From positions 5,224-69,223 of the forward strand of contig SFCQ01000005.1 of NCBI GenBank assembly GCA_004558525.1: DNA of 64,000 nt. The letters are read 5' to 3'. This document shows positions 26,941 to 37,475 of this stretch, piece by piece. Numbering within the stretch: the stretch's first letter is position 1; each line of letters begins with the position of its first letter. The notes under the pieces are model-generated. The model was not told the DNA's origin and searched no databases. It was given only the letters and a program-made list of their open reading frames with translations. This DNA comes from Clostridiales bacterium. Lineage in GTDB: Bacteria > Bacillota > Clostridia > Christensenellales > CAG-138. The position numbers and the translations under genes were made by a program.

Positions 26941-28302
26941 ATGAATATAGATGTTCTTGTGGCCGAGATAGGGTCAACTACAACGCTTGTTAATGCCTTT
27001 GCAGGCATCAATACTGATGAACCAAGGTTCATAGGCCAGGGCCAGGCGCCCACGAGCGTGCTTGAAGGCGATGTGCGCATAGGCCTTGAAGGGGCCGTGG
27101 AGGACCTTAAAAACAGGCTTGGCTTGGATAAAATCGAATATGGTGAGATGCTCGCAACATCAAGCGCGGCGGGCGGCCTGAGGATGTGCGTACACGGGCT
27201 TGTGTATGATATGACCGTTAAGGCGGCGCAGGCGGCGGCGCTTGGCGCGGGGGCCATTGTTACCATGGCTACGGCGGGCAAAATGAGCGAATATGATATA
27301 GAGGACCTTGTTGCATCAAGGCCCAACCTTATACTGCTCGCTGGCGGAACGGACTACGGCGAGAGGGAGACCGCGCTTTACAACGCAGCAAGGATAGCCG
27401 AAACGCGGCTTAAGGCTCCCGTTATATACGCGGGTAACGTGCAGAACCAAAGGGCCGTGATGGACATATTCAAAAAAGCCGGGGTGAGCTGCACGGTAAC
27501 GGAAAACGTTTACCCAAAGCTTGACAAGCTGAATATTGAGCCCGCAAGGAAGATAATACACAAAGTTTTTGAAGAGCATATCATAAAGGCCCCGGGCATG
27601 GAGCATATAAGGGATATGGTAACGGGCAGCATAATGCCTACGCCGGGAGCCGTTATGGAAGCGGTGCAGCTCATCTACAACGAAATAGGCGACGTTGTGG
27701 CCGTTGACATAGGCGGAGCCACTACGGACGTACACTCCGTGACCGGCGGGAGCGAGGAGATAGGCATACTTATGACCAGCCCTGAGCCGTTTGCAAAACG
27801 AACGGTGGAGGGCGACCTTGGCCTGTATGTTAATGCAAAAAACCTTATTGAGCGCATAGGCGAGAGCGCGCTGCAAAACGAGCTTGGGATAGATATGGAG
27901 GCCGTTATGGCGAATTATCTGCCCATACCCAAAACGGAGGGGCAATTTAAGCTGACGGAAAGGCTGTGCAGGGAGGCGGGCCTTGTTGCGCTTGAAAGGC
28001 ATGCAGGCGCGCTGAGATACATATACACGCCGAGCGGAAGAAAGACCGTTGCGGAGGGCAAGGATCTTACAGCCGTAAAGACCATTATAGGCACAGGCGG
28101 CGCGCTGACAAGGCTTCCGCACAGGGAGCAGCTTTTGCGGGCGCTTGCCGACTGCAACGCCACGGGCATGATGCTCTATCCCAAGCCCTCAAAGATAAGG
28201 CTGCTGTTTGATGATGATTATATCATGGCTTCGCTTGGCGTGATGAGCAAGCATTATCCCGAGGCGGCGCTCAAGCTTATGAAGCGCTCGCTGAACATAT
28301 GA
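26941..28302 (+). CDS. GlmL/MutL-like mutase accessory (reactivase-type) protein, ASKHA fold
   Basis: Motifs DVLVAEIGSTTT and VDIGGATTDVHS are actin-like ATPase phosphate motifs. Position between oraE and orr is as in known ornithine clusters. Confidence 0.75.
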   Translation: MNIDVLVAEIGSTTTLVNAFAGINTDEPRFIGQGQAPTSVLEGDVRIGLEGAVEDLKNRLGLDKIEYGEMLATSSAAGGLRMCVHGLVYDMTVKAAQAAALGAGAIVTMATAGKMSEYDIEDLVASRPNLILLAGGTDYGERETALYNAARIAETRLKAPVIYAGNVQNQRAVMDIFKKAGVSCTVTENVYPKLDKLNIEPARKIIHKVFEEHIIKAPGMEHIRDMVTGSIMPTPGAVMEAVQLIYNEIGDVVAVDIGGATTDVHSVTGGSEEIGILMTSPEPFAKRTVEGDLGLYVNAKNLIERIGESALQNELGIDMEAVMANYLPIPKTEGQFKLTERLCREAGLVALERHAGALRYIYTPSGRKTVAEGKDLTAVKTIIGTGGALTRLPHREQLLRALADCNATGMMLYPKPSKIRLLFDDDYIMASLGVMSKHYPEAALKLMKRSLNI

Positions 28303-28353
28303 GCTAAGCATAATAATAAGCGTAATAAGCACAAACGGAAGGGAGAGAAGCCA

Positions 28354-29421
28354 ATGTATCCGCGTGTAATTGTGGACATGAAGAAGCTTAAGCATAATAT
28401 GGACGCTATAACCGCCATGTGCCATCAGCAGGGGCTGAGCGTCGCCCTGGTCACAAAGTGCGTATGCGCTGCCGAGCCGATAGTTGAGCTTATCAACTCC
28501 ACACAAGCAGATTTTATAGCCGATTCACGCCTGTTGAACCTGAAAAGGATAAAAACGGATAAGCCGAAGTATCTTCTGCGCATAGCGCAGCCGTGCGAGG
28601 CTGAAGAGGTAATAGAATACTGCGACATAAGCCAGCAGAGCGAGCTTATGACGATACGCCTGCTTGCAGAGCAGGCCGAACTGCAGGATAAGCCGCACAA
28701 GATAGTGCTTATGGTCGACCTTGGCGATTTGAGGGAGGGCGTGTTCTACAAAAACAGGGACGAGCTGAAAACGCTTGCGCTTGCCGTTAAAGATGCAAAA
28801 ATGCTGGAGCTTTTCGGCATAGGCGTGAACCTGACCTGCTTTGGCGGCATAATACCGGACGAGGACAACCTTAACGAGCTTGTGAGCATAGCAAAATGGC
28901 TCAGGAGCGAAACCGGATTGAGCATACCCTTTGTATCCGGAGGGAACTCAAGCAGCCTGCTGATGCTTAAGAAGGGCAAGCTGCCAAAGGGCATAACCAA
29001 CCTGAGGATAGGCGAAGGGTATCTGCTTGGCAACGAAACGGACACATGCAGCCGCATGGAAGGCTTTTACGGCGATGCGTTCACCTTTGAAGCGAGCATA
29101 GCCGAGCTTAAAAGAAAACCCTCAAAGCCAATAGGCAGGAGCGGCTACAACGCCTTTGGCGAGGAGGTAAGCTTTGAGGACAGGGGCGAGATGCTCAGGG
29201 CCATACTTGCCGCAGGAAGGCAGGATATACCGTTTGACGGGCTTTCGCCGCTTGAAGAAGGGGTGGAGATACTCGGCTCAAGCTCGGATCACCTTATAGT
29301 CAATTTGACAAACGCCAGGAGTGATTTTGCCGTGGGGGACGTTTTGCGCTTCAACATGAACTATGTTGCCGTGCTTGACGCCTACACCAGCGAATTTATA
29401 GAAAAGGATTATATTTATTAA
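28354..29421 (+). CDS. orr: Ornithine racemase (alanine-racemase N-terminal fold)
   Basis: VTKCVC PLP-lysine region and alanine-racemase-like barrel. Last gene of the ora cluster. Confidence 0.75.
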   Translation: MYPRVIVDMKKLKHNMDAITAMCHQQGLSVALVTKCVCAAEPIVELINSTQADFIADSRLLNLKRIKTDKPKYLLRIAQPCEAEEVIEYCDISQQSELMTIRLLAEQAELQDKPHKIVLMVDLGDLREGVFYKNRDELKTLALAVKDAKMLELFGIGVNLTCFGGIIPDEDNLNELVSIAKWLRSETGLSIPFVSGGNSSSLLMLKKGKLPKGITNLRIGEGYLLGNETDTCSRMEGFYGDAFTFEASIAELKRKPSKPIGRSGYNAFGEEVSFEDRGEMLRAILAAGRQDIPFDGLSPLEEGVEILGSSSDHLIVNLTNARSDFAVGDVLRFNMNYVAVLDAYTSEFIEKDYIY

Positions 29422-29455
29422 CAAGTATACTAAAACAACAAAAGGAGAAACTACA

Positions 29456-30448
29456 ATGCCTGTAAATCTTAAAGGACGTTCATTTTTAACACTGAAGGAT
29501 TTTTCAACTGAGGAGATACGCTATCTTCTTGACCTTGCGCATGACCTTAAGGCCAAAAAGCGCGCCGGAATAAAGGGCGATCTGCTTGCCGGACGCAACA
29601 TAGTGCTGCTTTTTGAAAAGACCTCCACCCGCACGCGCTGCGCTTTCGAGGTCGCCGCGTATGACGAGGGCGCAAACTGCACATTCCTTTCCAACAGTCA
29701 GATGGGCAAAAAGGAATCGCTTGAGGATACCGCCAAGGTGCTTGGCCGCTTCTACGACGGCATAGAGTTCAGGGGCTTCAAGCAGAGCGACGTTGAGCTG
29801 CTGGCAAAATACAGCGGAGTACCCGTATGGAACGGCCTGACCGATCTGTATCACCCCACCCAGATACTGGCCGATCTGCTCACCATAGAGGAGCATGTGC
29901 ATAAGCCGCTTAACAAGGTGAAATTTGTTTACGCCGGCGACGCGCGCAACAACATGGGCAATTCCCTTATGATAGGCGCCGCAAAGATGGGCATGGAGTT
30001 CGTAGGCCTCGCGCCTAAGGCGCTGTTCCCCGACCCCAAGCTCGTTGCCGAGATGGAGGAGGTCGCAAAGACCACAGGCGCAAGGATAACCTTTACCGAG
30101 AACATAGACGATGTGAAGGGCGCCGACGTTATCTATACGGATGTTTGGGTATCGATGGGAGAAGAGGACCAGTTTGCGGAGCGCATAGAGCTGCTTGAGC
30201 CTTACCGCGTGAACGCAGAGATGATGAAGAAGACCGGCAATCCGGACTGCATATTCCTGCACTGCCTGCCCAGCTTCCACGATCTTGAAACCATAGTTGG
30301 CCGCCAGATATACGATCAGTTCGGGCTTACCGAGATGGAGGTCAGCGATGAGGTGTTCCGCTCGTCCGCCTCAAAGGTGTTTGACGAGGCCGAAAACCGC
30401 ATGCACACGATAAAGGCGGTTATGGTGGCCACAATAGGCCGCCAGTAA
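29456..30448 (+). CDS. argF: Ornithine carbamoyltransferase
   Basis: STRTR carbamoyl-phosphate motif, HPTQ, and HCLP near the C-terminus. Whether the role is catabolic or anabolic cannot be decided from sequence. Confidence 0.9.
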   Translation: MPVNLKGRSFLTLKDFSTEEIRYLLDLAHDLKAKKRAGIKGDLLAGRNIVLLFEKTSTRTRCAFEVAAYDEGANCTFLSNSQMGKKESLEDTAKVLGRFYDGIEFRGFKQSDVELLAKYSGVPVWNGLTDLYHPTQILADLLTIEEHVHKPLNKVKFVYAGDARNNMGNSLMIGAAKMGMEFVGLAPKALFPDPKLVAEMEEVAKTTGARITFTENIDDVKGADVIYTDVWVSMGEEDQFAERIELLEPYRVNAEMMKKTGNPDCIFLHCLPSFHDLETIVGRQIYDQFGLTEMEVSDEVFRSSASKVFDEAENRMHTIKAVMVATIGRQ

Positions 30449-30515
30449 GGCAAAACCAACAAGGTAAGCCGTAACACGGTATACCGGCTTACTCTATAAA
30501 ATGGGCTTGAATCAA

Positions 30516-30541
30516 GGGGCGGAAGCGAGAGCTTCCGCCCC
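30516..30541 (+). terminator. Hairpin GGGGCGGAAGC-gaga-GCTTCCGCCCC downstream of argF
   Basis: Perfect 11-bp stem with no clear T-run. It abuts repeat copy 1. Confidence 0.5.
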
Positions 30542-30567
30542 AGCCTGTCGATAAACCCTGGTTTCGG
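30542..30567 (-). repeat. Intergenic repeat family, copy 1 (inverted orientation)
   Basis: The reverse complement CCGAAACCAGGGTTTATCGACAGGCT matches the core of copies at 51108, 57833 and 62343. Confidence 0.65.
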
Positions 30568-30822
30568 TTTCAGACATATGCAGCGCGCCTTGTTGCCGCA
30601 CCGTTAACACATCGGCGGCAGCTATAAATTTACATTTTGCTTACATGTTGATGATGATTCGATTACATCTTTTTTCTATAATGGTCGTATAAGGAAGCCC
30701 TGATCTATTCGGCACAGCATCATTGCGGCTGATAATTCCGTCATGGCTCATGCAAAAAGTCTCGCCATGCTGCCATTTCGCGTTAACCGGCGCTTCCATC
30801 GACCATAGGAGGGGGTACTCAA

Positions 30823-32373
30823 ATGAAGAAGCTCATCGTTTTAAGCTTGTGCGCGACCATTCTGCTTGCGGCCTGCCAGCCCACGCCGGAAAAGCAGGTA
30901 GTCATACAAAAGGACATGGAGCAGATGATAGAGAAGGCCATCGCTGCGCCGGAGGTACAGCCTGCAGAGGAGGTAAAGCAGAGCGATGCCGCCAAGGAAA
31001 AGAATCCGCTTTATGACAAGCTGGGAATCCCCGAACGCTGGATAGCCGGGGACGAGGCCTTGAACGGCAAATTCGTAATAAAAGCGGATACGGATATAGC
31101 TTTGCCGGAAGCGGATAAGCTGCCTATAGTCAGGGTACAGGCGGGCAGATTCTCGCAGGAGATGGTGGACAGGTTCTTTGAGGTGTTTTGCGGCGACACC
31201 GTGATGTATGAGGACACGGGAGAAAGGGACAAGCAATACTATGCCGATTATATATTGAAATTGCAGCAGAGCCTTGCAAAAATAGATGAAGCGGATAATG
31301 CTGACAAAGAGGAAAGCAGCCGGCTGAGGGAAAAGACGCAGGCTCACATAGAGGAGCTTGAAAAGCAGTATAAAAAAGCGCCGGATCATGTGGAATACCC
31401 AATATGCGACGGCAAGCTTAAAACCAACAGGATTGATGAAAACAAGCTAAAGGGCTCAAACACATACATTCAAGCATACGCAAAGCCGGGGGATTATAAC
31501 TCGACGATGATAGAGATAAACAACGACGCCGAGTATACAATGGATTCTTCCTATGCCTTTAAGGATGAATACGGAAACACGGTTGTAGTTTCGCCTTCAA
31601 GCGGCAGCTATGTATGGTTTTGCAGGGACGGCGTAACCGGCTCAAAGTCAAGATCCCGTAATTTGGTTGACCCTGTGCGCGATGTCACTGCGGAATCGCT
31701 TTCGGGTGAAAGCGTGGAAACAAAGCTTGGCATAACGCCAAAGCAGGCAAGGGAAAGGGCGCAGGAGACGCTCGACGCTCTCGGCCTTGACTATATGGCG
31801 ATAGACCGCGTCGAGCTTTGCCAGGGCTGCCGCGAGGAAAACAAGGGCGTGCAAAGCTATTGCGTGCGCGTGCTAAGGAGCATAAACGGCACGCCGCTCG
31901 AGGGCAGGAACGACTATTCGGAATCCGAGATAGAGGGGGTGGGCGTAGGCCGCGAATGGTGGTATGAATCGTGCGAGATAGTCGTAGACGACGAGGGAAT
32001 AGCCTCATTCTACTGGATGGGGCCGCTCGAGGTTACGGATATACTTGGCGAGGACGCGAACCTTATACCGTTTGAGGATGTGGAGAACGTGTTTTTGAAG
32101 ATGCTGCCTGTCGTAAACGGGGACTGGGTGAGCAGGGCGGAGACAGCTGTGACTTACACCGTGGAGAAGGTGCGGCTCGCGCTATGGAGGATAATAGAGA
32201 AGGATTCATACACAAAAGGCTTGCTCGTGCCTGTTTGGAACATATACTGCGCGAGCGAGTACACTACAGAGCTTGGCGAACCGTACAGCAGCAGCGCCCT
32301 GTATTATAACAAGCCGACGCTTTGCATAAACGCCATCGACGGCTCGATAATAGATACAGAGAGGGGTTATTGA
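30823..32373 (+). CDS. Lipoprotein, tandem paralog A (516 aa)
   Basis: Lipobox LLAAC. The C-terminal ..LVPVWNIY..INAIDGSIIDTERGY is shared with paralog B. Confidence 0.75.
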   Translation: MKKLIVLSLCATILLAACQPTPEKQVVIQKDMEQMIEKAIAAPEVQPAEEVKQSDAAKEKNPLYDKLGIPERWIAGDEALNGKFVIKADTDIALPEADKLPIVRVQAGRFSQEMVDRFFEVFCGDTVMYEDTGERDKQYYADYILKLQQSLAKIDEADNADKEESSRLREKTQAHIEELEKQYKKAPDHVEYPICDGKLKTNRIDENKLKGSNTYIQAYAKPGDYNSTMIEINNDAEYTMDSSYAFKDEYGNTVVVSPSSGSYVWFCRDGVTGSKSRSRNLVDPVRDVTAESLSGESVETKLGITPKQARERAQETLDALGLDYMAIDRVELCQGCREENKGVQSYCVRVLRSINGTPLEGRNDYSESEIEGVGVGREWWYESCEIVVDDEGIASFYWMGPLEVTDILGEDANLIPFEDVENVFLKMLPVVNGDWVSRAETAVTYTVEKVRLALWRIIEKDSYTKGLLVPVWNIYCASEYTTELGEPYSSSALYYNKPTLCINAIDGSIIDTERGY

Positions 32374-32374
32374 T

Positions 32375-33922
32375 ATGAGGAAGCTTTGTGCCGTTATGCT
32401 GTGCTTGGCTTTTATGCTTGCGGCCTGCCAGCCCACGCCGGAAAAGCAGGTGGTCATACAAAAGGACATGGAGCAGATGATAGAGAAGGCGCAGAAAACG
32501 CCGGGCATCACACAGGAGGCAGCGCAGGGCGGGCTGAGGGAAAGGCTTGGCGCGCCGCAAAGGTATACGGCGGATATTGTGGATAAAAGCGGCAAATTCT
32601 ATTTTAAGGCCGATGTTGAGCTGACGATACCCGAGGTCGATGCAATGCCTATGGCCTGGGTGGAGGCGGCAAATTTTGAGCAGGATATGGTGACGAGGCT
32701 GTTCGATGCGCTGTGCGGGGACAGGGAGATGTATGTCTGGAACGAGACGATATCAAAGAATCAGATAGAGAAAAGCATAGTACATTATCAAAGCGAGATA
32801 GCCGTGAGCCAAAGCGAAGCATATACCGAGATGTGCAAGAAAACGATAGAGAACCTAAAAAAACAATACAAAACGGCTCCGGAAAGCGTGGAGTATAAGC
32901 CGTGCAGCGGCATGCTCGAATTGATGGAGATAAGCGGCACGGGGGTGATAGACGGCACGATGGAATACCTTGAAGCGGTGGAGAATACTGAGGAAAAGTC
33001 AGGCCGTTGGTTTTTGGTTAAGAACAATATCAATTATAACGAGAACAATAAAAGGGCGCATAGCGAAAGCGATCAGGAGGGTAATATCTCAAGCCGATCG
33101 CAGAGGAGCGACGCGGAGCTAAGATACAAAAGAGAAAACAGGATAGGGAGTATACTCCGTGGCAACGGGGGTAAGCCGGTTGGCGATGAACGCAAGATGA
33201 TAGATATATCGCCTGAGGCAGCGGTAAAGACCGCGGTGGATTTCCTTGAATCGGTTGGTATCTATAGCATGGAGCCAAACGGGATAAGGCTTATGAGCAA
33301 TCATTACAGCAGGGAAGAGCTTGAAAGATTAGTTGAATATACGATAGAGAATGACGAGCAAGAGAAGATAGACAGAATAATACGCGATTATGGCAGCATA
33401 GAGAGCTTTTACAACAGGGACAAAGAACACCAGGGTTATGAAATTGAGTTTTTACGCACGATGAACGGGGTCAAGGTAGCTTCCGACTACAATGCTACAC
33501 GCAGCGGCAGCGACGATGCCTATGCAGCACCAGAGTGGGCAAACGAAAAGCTGAGTATAGTTGTAAATGACGAGGGAATATTTGAATTACAATGGATACA
33601 GCCGCTAAACGTTACAGAGCTGATAACTGGCAGCGCAGAACTGCTGCAATTCAGCGAGATACGCGTTGTAATAGAAAAGATGATGGAGGTGATATACGGC
33701 CCGTTTTCAAGAGAACATGAAAATGAAGGAAAGACATATGAAGCGACGAGCATAGAGCTTTCGTTAATGCGCATAAATGCGCGGGATACTATAACAAAAG
33801 GTCTTTTAGTGCCGGTCTGGAGTGTATACAGCGAGGACAGCAATAATTATAACGAAAAGACTTCCGTGCTGGCGGTCAATGCCATCGACGGCAGCATAAT
33901 AGATTTGCAAACAGGCTACTGA
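32375..33922 (+). CDS. Lipoprotein, tandem paralog B (515 aa)
   Basis: Lipobox MLAAC. Same N-terminal 25 mature residues and same C-terminal motif (LVPVWSVY..VNAIDGSIIDLQTGY). Confidence 0.75.
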   Translation: MRKLCAVMLCLAFMLAACQPTPEKQVVIQKDMEQMIEKAQKTPGITQEAAQGGLRERLGAPQRYTADIVDKSGKFYFKADVELTIPEVDAMPMAWVEAANFEQDMVTRLFDALCGDREMYVWNETISKNQIEKSIVHYQSEIAVSQSEAYTEMCKKTIENLKKQYKTAPESVEYKPCSGMLELMEISGTGVIDGTMEYLEAVENTEEKSGRWFLVKNNINYNENNKRAHSESDQEGNISSRSQRSDAELRYKRENRIGSILRGNGGKPVGDERKMIDISPEAAVKTAVDFLESVGIYSMEPNGIRLMSNHYSREELERLVEYTIENDEQEKIDRIIRDYGSIESFYNRDKEHQGYEIEFLRTMNGVKVASDYNATRSGSDDAYAAPEWANEKLSIVVNDEGIFELQWIQPLNVTELITGSAELLQFSEIRVVIEKMMEVIYGPFSREHENEGKTYEATSIELSLMRINARDTITKGLLVPVWSVYSEDSNNYNEKTSVLAVNAIDGSIIDLQTGY

Positions 33923-34003
33923 CGATATAAACCCGGGTTTAATTAAATAATCTTAGGGCAATCCTCTTATTATCGGATTAAAAGATGATGGGAGGATTTT
34001 TTT

Positions 34004-34585
34004 GTGAACATGATTTGGATAAAGAGAATAGCCGTTATCGCCCTGGCTGCGGCGCTTACAGCGCCTATGCTGCCGCGTGGCGCGGCGGCGGAGGGCGCCG
34101 AGGGCGTGTTCAGGCTGCACATAATCGCAAACAGCGACAGCGAGGACGACCAGCGCATAAAGCTTGAGGTAAGGGACAGGGTGCTTATGACGATGCAGTC
34201 GCTGGGCGGATGCAAAAGCGCCCGGGATACGGAGAGTAAGCTTATGCAAAACGGGAAAACGATGCTTGAAGCCGCGGAAAACGTGCTTGCTGAGAACGGA
34301 ACGGACTACGGCGCGCAGCTTGTTGTGGGCGAGTTTGATTTTCCGGACAGGGTGTATGGCGACAAGGTCTATCCCAGAGGACGCTACAGGGCGCTTAGGA
34401 TAGTGCTTGGCGAAGGCAAAGGGCATAACTGGTGGTGCGTAATGTTTCCGCCGCTATGCATAGCGGAGACGGATAATGGGGAAATTGATATAAACAAGCT
34501 TGAATTGAAAAGCTGGATAATAGAAAAGCTGAAAAGCATAGACGGAGGAAAGCTATGGGAAAAACTAATGTCAAGGCTTGGCTGA
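34004..34585 (+). CDS. spoIIR: Stage II sporulation protein R
   Basis: The FRLHIIANSDSEDDQRIKLEVRDRVL motif is diagnostic of SpoIIR. A signal or TM segment lies at the N-terminus. Confidence 0.85.
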   Translation: MNMIWIKRIAVIALAAALTAPMLPRGAAAEGAEGVFRLHIIANSDSEDDQRIKLEVRDRVLMTMQSLGGCKSARDTESKLMQNGKTMLEAAENVLAENGTDYGAQLVVGEFDFPDRVYGDKVYPRGRYRALRIVLGEGKGHNWWCVMFPPLCIAETDNGEIDINKLELKSWIIEKLKSIDGGKLWEKLMSRLG

Positions 34586-35229
34586 GGCTGGCGCTTATAT
34601 TCATGCTGTGCCTGAGCATAAGCGGCGCCGCTATGGCGGCTACGCTTAGGGTAGGCTCAAGCGGAGAAGAGGTTAAGACGCTGCAGACGAAGCTGAAGCG
34701 CTGGGGCTACTATACCGGCAGCATAGACGGCGTTTTCGGCTCGGGTACCAAGAAGGCAGTTATAGCGTTTCAAAAGAAAAACGGCCTTACGCCGGACGGA
34801 ATAGTAGGGCCTGCAACGCTTAAGGCGCTAGGTATGCAGAGCAGCGGCGGCTCAAGCGCGAGCAGCGGCTCAAATACGAACGGAAATCTATATCTGTTGG
34901 CAAGACTGGTATACGGAGAGGCGAGAGGCGAGCCGTACAAGGGGCAGGTGGCCGTGGCGGCTGTTGTGCTGAACAGGGTGAAGAGCAGCAAATTCCCCAA
35001 CAGCGTGAGCGGCGTGATATACCAAAGCGGCGCATTCAGCGTGGTAAGCGACGGGCAGATAAACCTTACGCCGGATGAAACCGCCATAAAGGCCGCGCGC
35101 GACGCAATGAACGGCTACGACCCGACGAACGGCTGCCTATACTATTATAACCCCGCAAAGACCACCAACAAATGGATGCTGAGCAAGCCGGTGCTTCTGC
35201 GGATAGGCAATCACGCGTTTTTCAAATAA
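34555..35229 (+). CDS. sleB: Spore cortex-lytic enzyme SleB (PG-binding domain plus Hydrolase_2 domain)
   Basis: PG_binding_1 repeat (VKTLQTKLKRWGYYTGSIDGVFG..T..AV..FQ). Catalytic domain ARLVYGEARGEPY..VAAVVLNRV. Confidence 0.85.
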   Translation: MGKTNVKAWLRLALIFMLCLSISGAAMAATLRVGSSGEEVKTLQTKLKRWGYYTGSIDGVFGSGTKKAVIAFQKKNGLTPDGIVGPATLKALGMQSSGGSSASSGSNTNGNLYLLARLVYGEARGEPYKGQVAVAAVVLNRVKSSKFPNSVSGVIYQSGAFSVVSDGQINLTPDETAIKAARDAMNGYDPTNGCLYYYNPAKTTNKWMLSKPVLLRIGNHAFFK

Positions 35230-35265
35230 GAATTACAGGCATAAGCTTACGGGAGAAAATAAGAT

Positions 35266-36711
35266 ATGGAACGCTTTGACGGGAATGAATCTGAAAACAA
35301 AAAAAACAGAGCGATAGAGAACATGGCTGACGTTGAGCCGGTAGAATACGAAAAAGGCAAGCTTATAAGGGGCGGCGGCTTCTGGCATGCGGTGAGGACG
35401 ATAGCGCTGCCTGTGCTGCTGGCTGTGGCGCTTGTGGCCACGGCGCTATGGGGGGACGAGCAAAGGACGCTTGCCGACGGCTACAGAAGAAACAGCGAAA
35501 ACATATACAGAAGGGCTTTTACCGAGCTTTGCGACGACATGAGCAACATGCAGACCGCCCTGGGCAAACTGAGGGTGGCGGCGGCTCCGGGGCAATACAT
35601 GCTGCTGCTTGACGATATATGGCGGCTTTCCGGCTCCTGCGTGAGCCTGATGAGCCAGATACCGTCATCGCATATAGATACGGCAGAGCTGAACAGCTTC
35701 GTCGTGCGCATAGGCGATTATGCGCGCTCCTTAAGCAAAAAGGCGCTTGAGGGGGAGGAAAGAAGCGAGGACGATATGAAGCGGCTTGAGGAGCTTTACA
35801 CAAAATGCGCCGAGATAAGCCGCGAGCTTAACGACAGGCTGAGCATAGGCGACGTGCCTACGGCGGCAATAACCAACAACGACTACTTTTTAAGCGCCTC
35901 CGGCACAGAAGAGGACGACAAGCAGGACGAGGATATAGACAAGTTCCCGACGCTTATATACGACGGCCCCTTCAGCGAAAGCAGCGAAAAGCGCGAGGCA
36001 AAGGGCCTGGGCGGGGATATGATAGACCAGGAGAAGGCAAAGCAGCAGGCCGAGGCTATAACGGGCATATCCGGCTTTGAGCTGACGGGCGAGACGGATG
36101 GAACGATACCGTCGTGGGACTTTTCCTCAACGGAAAATGACTCAAGAGAGGTGGATATATCCATAAGCAAGCAGGGAGGCAAGCTTGTTTGGCTGATGGG
36201 CTCCGCCACAGGCACGGCAAACGAGGTGCCGCCTAAGGACAAGGCTGACGAGCTTAAAAATGCGGCGCTCGAGTGGCTGGGCAAGGCGGGCTTTGACAAC
36301 ATGAAGGCCACATACGCGCAATACTATTCAGGCGCGGCTGTGATCAACTTTGCCGCGACAAAGGACGAGATAATACTATACAACGACCTTGTAAAGGTAT
36401 GGGTGGACGTCGATACAAAAGAGATAATAGGCGCGGACGCGAGGAACTATCTTTTCAGCCACTGCGAAAGGGAGCTGGCGGAGCCTGCGATAAGCCCCGA
36501 GGAGGCCGAAGCCAGGGTATCGGTAAATCTTGAAATAGAGTCGAGGGAGCTGGCGCTGATACCGCTTACGCCCGAAACGGAGAAGCTTTGCTATGAATTT
36601 AAGGGCAGATGCGGCGAGGACGAGTACATAGTATACATAGATGCGCAAACAGGCTATGAGCAGCAGATATTCGTTATAATAAATACCGAAAACGGGCAGC
36701 TCACGATATAG
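35266..36711 (+). CDS. ypeB: Germination protein YpeB
   Basis: Follows sleB. N-terminal TM, about 480 aa, C-terminal PepSY-like repeats. Confidence 0.75.
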   Translation: MERFDGNESENKKNRAIENMADVEPVEYEKGKLIRGGGFWHAVRTIALPVLLAVALVATALWGDEQRTLADGYRRNSENIYRRAFTELCDDMSNMQTALGKLRVAAAPGQYMLLLDDIWRLSGSCVSLMSQIPSSHIDTAELNSFVVRIGDYARSLSKKALEGEERSEDDMKRLEELYTKCAEISRELNDRLSIGDVPTAAITNNDYFLSASGTEEDDKQDEDIDKFPTLIYDGPFSESSEKREAKGLGGDMIDQEKAKQQAEAITGISGFELTGETDGTIPSWDFSSTENDSREVDISISKQGGKLVWLMGSATGTANEVPPKDKADELKNAALEWLGKAGFDNMKATYAQYYSGAAVINFAATKDEIILYNDLVKVWVDVDTKEIIGADARNYLFSHCERELAEPAISPEEAEARVSVNLEIESRELALIPLTPETEKLCYEFKGRCGEDEYIVYIDAQTGYEQQIFVIINTENGQLTI

Positions 36712-36845
36712 GCTGACAGCTTAAAGCAAAAGCGCCGAAAAGGAAAAAGATTGTTAAAAAACCAGAAAATGCCGCGATACGGGCAGTAAGGGCATTGACA
36801 AGGCCGATAAGACGGTTAAAATATATGTAACAACCGTCATCGCCT

Positions 36846-37475
36846 TTGGGAGAATTAAGCTTGTTCAACGCATATGATATAGTTACCGAAGCGATAGACC
36901 GAGCCACGGAGGGTAAACCGGTGGGGCGGTCTAAAGCTGTTTATTCCCCAAAATGCTTTGGCTACAACATAACGCTGCCATATACCGGCGGGGACGCCGG
37001 CATGGCCGGGGAGATAAAAGCCGCCTGCAACGCCGCAATGAATAGGGAATACATAGCCGGGGCGGAAACGCATGCGCGGAGCATATGGCTGAAGCTGGAC
37101 AAAAAGGAGATAGAGAGCCTGCTCAGAGCGGCTGTACGGGAGCTGCCGGAAGCCGGATTGGCAGACGGCGACACTATGGCCGGCTTCACACTGATGAAGA
37201 TGAGGACGCTGGCTAAAAGCGGAGACAGGGGCTTGAGCGAGGATGCGCGCATACTGCACGCGATGTGGCTGGCGCTTGGCATAACGGCATTCCATAAGGA
37301 TAAAAAGAGGACGAGGGCCAGACTTACGGAGGCGTGCAAAGCGATAGACGGCATGTTTTCAGGCTTTGCGCCGGATAAACGCGCAAGCGCAAGGGCCATG
37401 AACGGGCTTGCCGGCATGGCGGCGCACAAGCTTATATACGCAGGGATAATTATAGAGGAGGATGGATATATATGA
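36846..37475 (+). CDS. Hypothetical protein (about 200 aa), start uncertain
   Basis: Host-type codons. ATGA overlap with the downstream MBL gene. No recognisable motif. Confidence 0.45.
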   Translation: MGELSLFNAYDIVTEAIDRATEGKPVGRSKAVYSPKCFGYNITLPYTGGDAGMAGEIKAACNAAMNREYIAGAETHARSIWLKLDKKEIESLLRAAVRELPEAGLADGDTMAGFTLMKMRTLAKSGDRGLSEDARILHAMWLALGITAFHKDKKRTRARLTEACKAIDGMFSGFAPDKRASARAMNGLAGMAAHKLIYAGIIIEEDGYI

